The notes under the pieces are model-generated. The model ran no database searches. It was not told the origin of the DNA and saw only the letters and a list, made by a program, of their open reading frames with translations. A program made the position numbers and the translations under genes. 64,000 nt of DNA, taken from assembly GCA_951406725.2 (NCBI GenBank), contig OX597819.1:49042001-49106000 (forward strand), read 5' to 3'. Origin of the DNA: Octopus vulgaris. Taxonomy: Eukaryota. Of the stretch, positions 55,463 to 64,000 are shown in pieces (position 1 is the stretch's first letter; every line of letters begins with the position of its first letter).

Positions 55463-55500
55463 TTGCGGTGCACAGATTGCAAATATTGCGCTACACTTAC

Positions 55501-57178
55501 CTGGTGTGTGAACAGCCAATGAAAAATCATCTATAGACTGGTTCTGATCTGAGAGAGAGGAAGTTGCGTAAACAGATGAAGCGGCTCCAGCTGTGCTAGC
55601 ATTGCTCTGTGGACTCACATTGGCTTCGAGTTCATTCTCTTCAGCAAGAGATGGTTTCAAAGGAAGGGACATTGCCTTTAGTTCATTTTCTTTGTTCTTT
55701 TGATTTGCTCCAGAAGGACTGTTATTCAATGTTTTGCTTGTTGCTTGCAGTGGCCTTACAGCCTGACTTTTGTTACCAGCATCTGCTGTGTGATTTGAAG
55801 GTTGTTTTGCTTTGAATTTTTGATAAATAGTTTTATCTGACATAGAGTTCTGTTCAATAGATTTGAGAATCCGTTGAGTAGAGGGATCAAACTGTTTGAT
55901 GTCTTGAGACTGTGAGCATTCCAAATCATCTTTCGATGGTTTGCGATCCCCTACAGATCTTAAGCTGTGAGATTTATTTCGATGATGAATTTTTCCAAAG
56001 AATTTCATGAATGATCGCCTGCTCTTGCTATTCGAACGGTGGACAGGATGTCCCGAAGGGTCACTTTCAATAGAACATGAATCACTTGTGTTTAAGCTTT
56101 GTGCGCTCCCTTCTGTTGATGAGTTTCTCTTGTGATGTTTTGTTCGCCTCCTCACATTTGGTGAGAGACGCCGGAAAAAGTTTCCCATGCTAGTACTTAG
56201 AGATTTCTTGGCATGACTCAAGAAATGTGCATCATTGCGTTTAGGTTCTGCACCTTGAGAAGTAGATTTTTGGGAGTCATTTGACTGCGAGGAAGGTAAA
56301 GATGATTGAGCACAAACCTCGCTTTTTTTCAGTTCAGGATTTGAAACTTCGGCTTCTTCTTCAGGAGCTTTCTCAACAACTTTGGCTTCAGCAAGTCTTT
56401 TTACTTCATCAGAATACTGTGCTTGGATTGCCATGCGATAACTAATAGTTCGATCATAAACATAATCTTTATTTATATTCAATTTGCTGGTTTTTTCTCG
56501 TTGACTGTCAACATCTGTACTAACTCCTGAATCTCCACCATGTACTGAAGATTCAGAGGGTAGAAAGCTTACACTGTTATTTGGGGTTAATCTGTCCCCT
56601 GGGTGGAGCGTATTGTTTTCACAGCCCTTACGGATTCCTCTTAAAGTTTCTTGGTGAATAGGTTTATTTGTTAGTGTTCCAGTTGAGGGAACAATTAGTT
56701 GTGGACAACTTTTGTCTGATTCTGATGACATTGCAGAAATTGGAGATAATATATCAGAGCTGTCTCGTGGAGATTCAAGAGGACTATAACTAGATTCTTG
56801 ACCACTGAGACTGGTCATTAAACTGTCTTCAGTATCTGAATGTCTAACTCGTACGTTGTCATCATATCTCACATGTCGAGGGCTAATACCTCGACGAGAA
56901 CTCTTTGAGCTGACACTACCTTGATCAGAACGAGATCTTTCTAGAGCAAGGTTTGCTGCAAGAACTTCATTTGATGTCTTCCGTACACGTGGAAGAGAAA
57001 CAACTGCAGAAAAGCTGGTTCGGTATGGTTGTGCGATGCGCGAGTGTACTTCATCATTGCATGGTCCTTTATTGGCACGTACGGGACTTCGTCGACGAGT
57101 AATCCTATCGACAACAAGTTTACTGTCTGGATGAGGGGAGCGTCTGTCCAAAACAGATGGAGGACCACTGCTTGCCAT
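55501..57178 (-). CDS. First coding exon (559 codons + 1 nt, phase-1 donor) of a Ser/Arg-rich, probably disordered protein; possible SAPAP/DLGAP-like scaffold
   Basis: Stop-free frame of about 1.7 kb in non-repetitive sequence. ATG at 57178 has a strong context (aaaATGG) and an in-frame TGA upstream at 57205-57203. Acceptor ...tcttcattctttcag|G (AG at 57256-57255); donor CCAG|gtaagt at 55501/55500. The last ~54 aa of the 613-aa track ORF are intronic read-through. Confidence 0.9.
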
Positions 57179-57254
57179 TTTAATTGGTTTGTATGTGTAT
57201 TTTCAGTGTAATTTATATTCTGTTAGCCATGTCTTCTCCATAAATGTTACATGC
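57179..57254 (-). promoter_or_regulatory. 5' UTR part of the exon, with three upstream AUGs (uORFs)
   Basis: Between the acceptor and the main ATG: ATG-TAA (57252-57247), MEKTWLTEYKLH* (57241-57203, in frame with the CDS) and MANRI* (57230-57213). Confidence 0.6.
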
Positions 57255-58787
57255 CTGAAAGAATGAAGATATGTGATGTGTGAATGAGACTAGAAACAGA
57301 AATCAGAACAAACAAAAAAAGAAATAAAATTTTGAAATAATGAGAAAAATGAAAAAAATAAATAAACAGATAAATAAAAATACAGATTAAATGTAAAAAG
57401 AAATAAAAATAACAAACCAGATGTATTTTCAGTTGATATATTCTAGCAACTTAAGAATTTTCTTAAGAATTTCCTTTCATCTAGATTTTTCTATGAATTA
57501 GATCTATACATTGCATTCAGAATTTTTTTGTTTATAAACGTCTAAAAGTTATTCCTTGTTTTTCAAACAAATTACTATAACTCACAAATAAAACATGATA
57601 TAGACAAAGTTTCATATGAAGTGACTTTCTGTGTTTGTGTCACGACTATATTTTTCACTCTTACCCATAATTGAGTGATTTATCTATTTTTATGGAGTGT
57701 TTTTCTCTCTACTTCATATACAAGACTACTTGTAAAAATAACAAGAAATGGGAAACTTCTGATTACATAGTACTTTAAAAAATGTTGTCAGTAAGTATCT
57801 TCTGAACATCAAATTAGTTAAGTAGTTTATATTATATCTCTAGTAATTAAAGTTTCTATTGCAACAGTGCATTCTCATTGAACCAATATTTATGTGACCT
57901 GGTTTTGAGTATTGATTGTCACTACTTTATTGTTCCTGGAACAGACACTAATGTCATATTTTCCTAATTTCTTTCTGCTATGTTTGAAGTATCATGCTTT
58001 TGTGAGAAATCAACCTCGTTAGAGATACAGAAATTATCCTTATGACAGAAATGACAAAGACCCACACTAATTGCTTTATAATATTTGGTTCAAATCCTAT
58101 CAAGGAAGACCTTGCATGCTAATCATTTCAGAATTAATAAAATATTTTTAGCAGATAAATACAGTAATGAATTCACTCAGTTTGTTACTTCGTGCCAATT
58201 TAAGGAATTTATCAAATGGAATTGTAGTTGTGATACCTGTGCCGGTGGCACATAAAAAGCACCATCCAAACATGGCCGATGCCAGCATCGTCTTGACTGG
58301 CTTCTCTGCCAGTGGCATGTAAAAAATCGTGGCCGCTGCCAGCCTCACCTGGCACTTGTGCCGGTGACACATAAAAAGCACCCACTACACTCACGGAGTG
58401 GTTGGCATTAGGAAAGGCATCCAGCTGTAGAAACACTGTCAGATCAGATTGGAGCCTGGTGCAGCCTCCTGGCTTCCCAGACCCCGGTCGAACTGTCCAA
58501 CCTGTGCTAGCATGGAAAATGGATGTTAAACGATGATGATGATGATGATGATCTATAGGAAATGCTTGTAAAAGTAAAGTTGGAATTAATGCTTTATATT
58601 AAGAGACACTGACTGTTTGAGTTCAGAGAGCTTTTGTGTCGCCCTTAGAAACAAATATGGATTTCTAACTTTGGTGTAAGGCTACAGACTTTGGGGTAGG
58701 GGTATTGTCAAATAAATGACAGGCATTTATGTTATCAACTTTGCAAGGATGAAAGGCAGAATAGATTTTGGTTTGATTTGAACTTTT

Positions 58788-59189
58788 AGGCGCAGGAGTG
58801 GATGTGTGGTAAGTAGCTTGCTAACCAACCACATGGTTCCGGGTTCAGTCCCACTGCGTGGCATCTTGGGCAAGTGTCTTCTGCTATAGCCTTGGGCCGA
58901 CCAAAGCCTTGTGAGTGGATTTGGTAGACGGAAACTGAAAGAAGCCTGTCGTATATATGTATATATATATATATGTATGTGTGTGTGTATGTTTGTCCCT
59001 CTAGCATTGCTTGACAACCGATGCTGGTGTGTTTACGTCCTGGGGTCACTTAGCAGTTCGGCAAAAGAGGCCGATAGAATAAGTACTGCGCTTACAAAGA
59101 ATAAGACCCGGGGTCGATTTGCTCAACTAAAGGCGGTGCTCCAGCATGGCCGCAGTCAAATGACTGAAACAAGTAAAAGAGTAAAAGAG
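58788..59189 (+). mobile_element. Full-length tRNA-headed CORE-like SINE (family A)
   Basis: A-box/B-box head (TGGATGTGTGG...GGTTCAGTCCC), CORE-like TTGGGCAAGTG, internal (TA)/(TG) microsatellite, GTAAAAGA repeat tail. Confidence 0.9.
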
Positions 59190-59384
59190 TTACTATGTAA
59201 AGCACCAAAACTGAATATTGTAATATATTTTGTTTGACACTGTAATGACTCTACTAATCCATCTCAATATTAACATAATTAAATATGCTAATGACTGCAT
59301 TTGTACTTGGGTTTTAAAAATGGTGCCTGTAGTACTCAAAAAAGTACTAGAACTCTATTACCTTAGTCTGAGTAAACCTATAAT

Positions 59385-59590
59385 GCAGAGAAAACTTATG
59401 ACATGGTGGGAATTTATAACTTATGATATATTGGGAACTTATGATATAGAGGAAATTTACATCATGAAGAAAACTTATGTCACAGAGGAAACTTATGATA
59501 TAGAGGAAACTTATGACATAGTAGAAATTTACAATATACAGCAATCTTATGACACTGAAGAAACTTATGATATAAAGAAAACTATGATAT
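59385..59590. repeat. 18-bp minisatellite (GAAACTTATGATATAGAG)n, about 11 diverged units
   Basis: AACTTATGA or a variant recurs every 18 bp. Confidence 0.9.
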
Positions 59591-60232
59591 AATGGCACAA
59601 TGAACAGACAAAGCACATGTCCTGCAAATGATAAGATTTATGTGACATTGTTCCATCAGTATGTCTTCAAATCTAACGATATCTGGGGTTACTACTCCAC
59701 AATACAGTAACCATTGGGGTTCAATACCTTCATCTACTTTAAAGTGCAAGTAACATTAAGAAGATTTACAAACAGTTTTTTGTTTGAAGAGCCTGGTAAA
59801 CACCCATATCAAATTGAATAAATTGGCCTCTAATACTTGACAGGTATTCTATTTTATTGATTGCAGAATGATGAAAGGGTATGCTGACCTCTACCGAATT
59901 TGAACTCAGAATTTAATAGGATGGAACTGAACACCACAAAGCATTTTGTTCCATGCTCTAACAGTCCTGTCATTTCTGCCAATCAACTAATTGTTTTCAT
60001 TTATAAATCTTGTTTTTCGCTTATTGTTTTCATTAATTAGTTCAAAACACTAATATATGGTGTGTGTGGGTATGAGGACGTTTGTTTATATTTTTATACT
60101 TAAGAGAGGTTTTAAATCCCCAAAATATCCAGTAGGTGAGTTCAAATTTGTAATCTTGATATCATCTATCTTTCCAGTTTTAGCAAGGAGATTGATGTTT
60201 GTACGTGTCATATACAAGAAATAAATCTTTAT

Positions 60233-60447
60233 TACGAGGGCGTGGTGAAAACGTTCTTGGCTTTGGGTAAAAGAAAATACAGGTGGATCAATGAATTATA
60301 ATTTTATTCAAAATATTTCCCTCCCAGATTCATACACTTATTGCAGCAGTCCTTCAGTTTTTCAAAGCCCTAACTCAGAAAGTTGGTGCTTCAACCAGGG
60401 CTTTTGCAATGCTCTTAAAGCCAGGGATTTTTTGGCACCCCCTTGTA
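60233..60447. mobile_element. Mariner-type MITE
   Basis: TA-bounded imperfect TIRs TACGAGGGCGTGGTGAAAACGTTCTTGGCTTT / AAAGCCAGGGATTTTTTGGCACCCCCTTGTA. Confidence 0.75.
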
Positions 60448-60807
60448 CATTGCCTAATTTGATATAGGAACCCTGCTCACCACTTTTAACTCCCCAGCTC
60501 TCATCTTCCTTTAAACTGGAAAGGGAGTGGGGAAAATCGTACTACTAGGAAGATAAATTACAAATTAAAAGCAGCTCTAGTGATGCAAACATTATCGGTT
60601 GCACATGCATCATGCATGTTTATGCACCAATTTTGCTGCGGAATTGTGTGAAGGAAAAGCTCTCTGCATGATGCTGAGAACAGAATGCACATGTATGAAT
60701 GTCTACATACATGTAAATATACAAACATATACCTATGTATACATGTACACATACATGCATCCACACACAGATTTGTATGTACACACAAGCACAAGTATGT
60801 GTGTGTA

Positions 60808-60851
<44 letters not shown>

Positions 60852-62272
60852 CGCGCACGTGTGTGTGTATGCACATATACACCAGATGTCAAATGATAAT
60901 AATGATGATGAATGACTTATACCTTTGGCATTTGCAAGCATAATACACGATCGGAACATTCAATCTATACTAATATAAAAACAGCAAATACACACACATC
61001 AACTTAGTGTGTGTGTTTCAACTCCACCCTCGCCACACACACACATGCACACACACACACATACGCACACACACACGCATATGTATATGGATACAGAAAA
61101 GATAAGATTATATACAATTATAGAATGATAGAGGTCAGCCACCCCGCTCACATGATAATTTCTTTTGAAATCACTGAGACAGAGAATATTTATGGACCGC
61201 TTCAAAACCTACAATTTCTTTAACTAGATCATATATTCATATTCACACCTATAATTATTGATACATTTAGCACAGTTTCTAAATGTCTAAGCAATAATTT
61301 CAAAACGGAGAGATTTTCAGGCAAAGAAATTGACCAACTAACGAATACTTTGCAAATACTATCTGCAAGCTAAATAGTTAAAAATATGCAAAATTTTTCT
61401 GAAATTTGGCATGTAAATTTTCACCATTGCTGTTTTTTAAAAATTTTTGTGATGGAACTTTGCTTATTTGTTAGAAATCAGTTCTTTCTCTACAGGAAGA
61501 ATTCAAATAATTAAAAAAAAAAAGAAATAACATACACCCTTGTGCACATGAATACACACACACACACACTCATACAGACACACACACACACATACATACA
61601 TACAAACACACATACATACCTATCTACACACACATAGACTCACACACATGCATACATACATGCATACGTACATACATACATGCATACATATATACATACA
61701 TACATACATACATGTGTACATACATGCATATGTACATAAATACATACATACATACATGCATGCGTACATACATGCATGCGTACATACGTACGTACGTACA
61801 TATATACATACATACATATATAGATACATACATACATACATACATACATACATACATACATACATACATTATAATATGTTTAGAAGTTTAATCAGCTTAC
61901 ACATATCATGTTTCACTTAAACAAAAACAGATTTTTCTAATGGAAAGCCAATTTTGAGATATTTAATGTAAGGACTTGTATTAACAATGATTTAATCAGC
62001 TCAACAAGTCTTGTATTTCTCCTTCCATACAAAGTGCTTTGAAACTTTTTAATTCCTTTGCTTTAGTAAATATGTTCGAGAGATTAAAGAATGGCTTTGA
62101 GGATACTTCCTTAAATAATTTGTATAAGGTAATACAGTCTCACGAGATTTGGTTAGGGATAGAAGTTAAGAAGTTAAAGTGTCATGCTTGACAAATTGGT
62201 AATGTGAAAACAGCAACCCTAACTCTAATCAAAAGTTTATCTTAAATGAGAAAAGAATAGGCCTACAACCTA

Positions 62273-63148
62273 TATGTGGTCTGATCAATATGTATCTGAA
62301 CTGTTGCCATAGTAACGAAGCTAAAGCATGCAGAGTGAAGCCACTTGGCAAAGATTGACTTTGAACTCTGCTGTGCATGTGTGCGAAGTTTTAATGTTCT
62401 AGCTCATATCCACTGTTTACAGCAGTGCTTGGAAGGAAGGTGTGTAACGTGTGATCATTGCATTGACCATGACAGAGAAAGTTGAGCAGAGAATCTGCAT
62501 CAAATTTTGCCAAAAGCTTGGTGATTCCTGCTCAGAGTCCTACACAAAGTTTTCAAAAAGTTTTCTTCATTCTCAACACAATCAAGGAGATCTTGTGCAA
62601 CTGAAACCCAAGTGTCTTTTTCGGCAGCTGAAAGCAGTTTTGGCACAAACTTGGCAAACATTCAACTCATACCCAAATCTTCAGTGATAATGGAGTGAAC
62701 TGAACTGTAACTAATCAGCACATCCTCTGATAACTTATGGATGGTAATTTGACAATTTTCCCTCAGAGCTGCATGCACATCTGTGATGTTTTTCTCAGTT
62801 CTGCTGGTTGTGGGTCTCCCAGAACGTTTGATACAATCAAAATTTTTTTGGCCATCACACTCTTGTGTGCAGCTCATACACTCCTTTCCATACACTTTCT
62901 GCAACTTTGCACAAGCCTCTGAGCAGGTATCGTCACAACAACTTTCTCTGTCATGGTCAATGTGACGATCATGTTACACACCTTCCTTCCAAGTACTGCT
63001 GTAAACAGTGGAAATGAGCTAGAATGTTAAAACTTAATGTGCATACACAACAGAGTTCAAGGTCAATCTTTACTAAGCAGCTTCACTTTGCATGCTTTAA
63101 CTTCGTTACTATGGCAACAATCCAGATACTTATTGATCAGACCTTGTC
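62273..63148. mobile_element. Mariner-derived fold-back element made of two inverted 5' ends
   Basis: Termini TATGTGGTCTGATCAATA... and ...TATTGATCAGACCTTGT; inverted arms of about 270 bp. The plus arm encodes MTEKVEQRICIKFCQKLG. The minus arm encodes ...SGRPTTSRTEKNI...ITEDLGMS*MFAKFVPKLL...VAQDLLDCVENEENFLK (mariner N-terminus, no DDD domain). Confidence 0.85.
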
Positions 63149-63335
63149 AAAGATCTTTCTTAACACAGAATAGAGTAAAAGAAGTAACAATTAAATAGTA
63201 CCCATTTAAAATAGTAGAATGGTATAAACAGTAGTATACAGGACCATATATACTTTTTAGTATTTAGTTCCAGTCTTCTATATACTGAGTTCAAATCTTA
63301 TTGCAATTGATTTATCTTTCTGGATGATGTATTTA

Positions 63336-63805
63336 CATGCCACTGGAACAGGAGCCAGTCAGGGGGTACTGGCCAAAACCAAAATCGTAGCTGTGACCAG
63401 TGCCCCCTGAGTGGCTCCCATTCCAGTGGCATATAAAATGCATCATCTGAACGTGGTCAATGCCAGTTCCCACTGACTGGCTTCCATTCCAGTGGCATGT
63501 GAAATGTATCATCTGAACGTGGTCAATGTCAGTGCCCCCTGACTGGCTCCCATGCCAGTGGCACATAAAAATCACCATCCAAATGTGGCCAATGCCAGGT
63601 CTGCCTGATTGGCTCTTGTACCTGTGGCACATAAAAAGCACTAACTACACTCTCAGAGTGGTTGGCATTAGAAAGGGCATCAAGCTGTAGAAACATTGCC
63701 AGATCAGATCGGAGCCTGGTGCAGCCACTGGCTCTCCAGACCTCAGTCAAACTGTCCAACTCATGCCAGCATGGAAGACAGACGTCAGATGATGATGATG
63801 ATGAT
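63336..63805 (+). mobile_element. Family C copy
   Basis: Same structure. Other copies at ~6912-7161, 17680-17960, 29621-29821, 37310-37668, 58236-58551 (+) and 39918-40160 (-). Confidence 0.85.
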
Positions 63806-64000
63806 ATCTAGGCATAGGTGGATGACAAAATAAGTACAAGTATGGAATAAGGTCAATTCAGTCAAATATAGTACCTCTATAAATCTGTGAACTGATTATA
63901 TAAATACAGGATATACAGTGGTTGCTGAATGGAAGCAGTCACTCAGCAAAGTTTGAGTGACAAGTACCCTTGGATGTTGCACCTTCTCATACATCTCATA

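Noticed and set aside
55337-55500. C-terminal 54 aa of the 613-aa ORF
   Set aside because: Lies past a consensus CAG|GTAAGT donor and runs through a 16-bp minisatellite; probably intron.
59230-59592. 120-aa ORF with (ETYDIE)n repeats
   Set aside because: Product of the 18-bp minisatellite; no splice or homology support.

Overview
AT-rich eukaryotic DNA, dense in SINEs and microsatellites. The repeat families and the amount of (CA)n/(TA)n/(CATA)n point to a coleoid cephalopod, probably Octopus (inference). Only one protein-coding exon is well supported: a large minus-strand exon (acceptor 57255/6, ATG 57178, GTAAGT donor at 55500) encoding 559 aa of a Ser-rich, probably disordered N-terminus. 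It contains a motif (RTISYRMAIQAQYS) resembling the SAPAP/DLGAP guanylate-kinase-binding repeat. The rest is intronic or intergenic: several SINE families, piggyBac-, hAT- and mariner-derived MITEs, decayed Tc1/mariner transposases, a non-autonomous Helitron, a LINE remnant and a tRNA-Thr-like sequence. The most notable signal is a set of type I hammerhead ribozyme (HHR) motifs in apparently unrelated short repeats. One is a well-formed HHR with a long stem I at 52811-52899, sense to the gene and about 2.6 kb into its intron. Another is a minimal HHR in a ~463-bp unit present as tandem and inverted copies at 13185-14228 (retrozyme/Penelope-like layout). Four decayed relatives also occur. Most ORFs in the supplied track are microsatellite or SINE artefacts. 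All calls were made by eye, so repeat boundaries are approximate.
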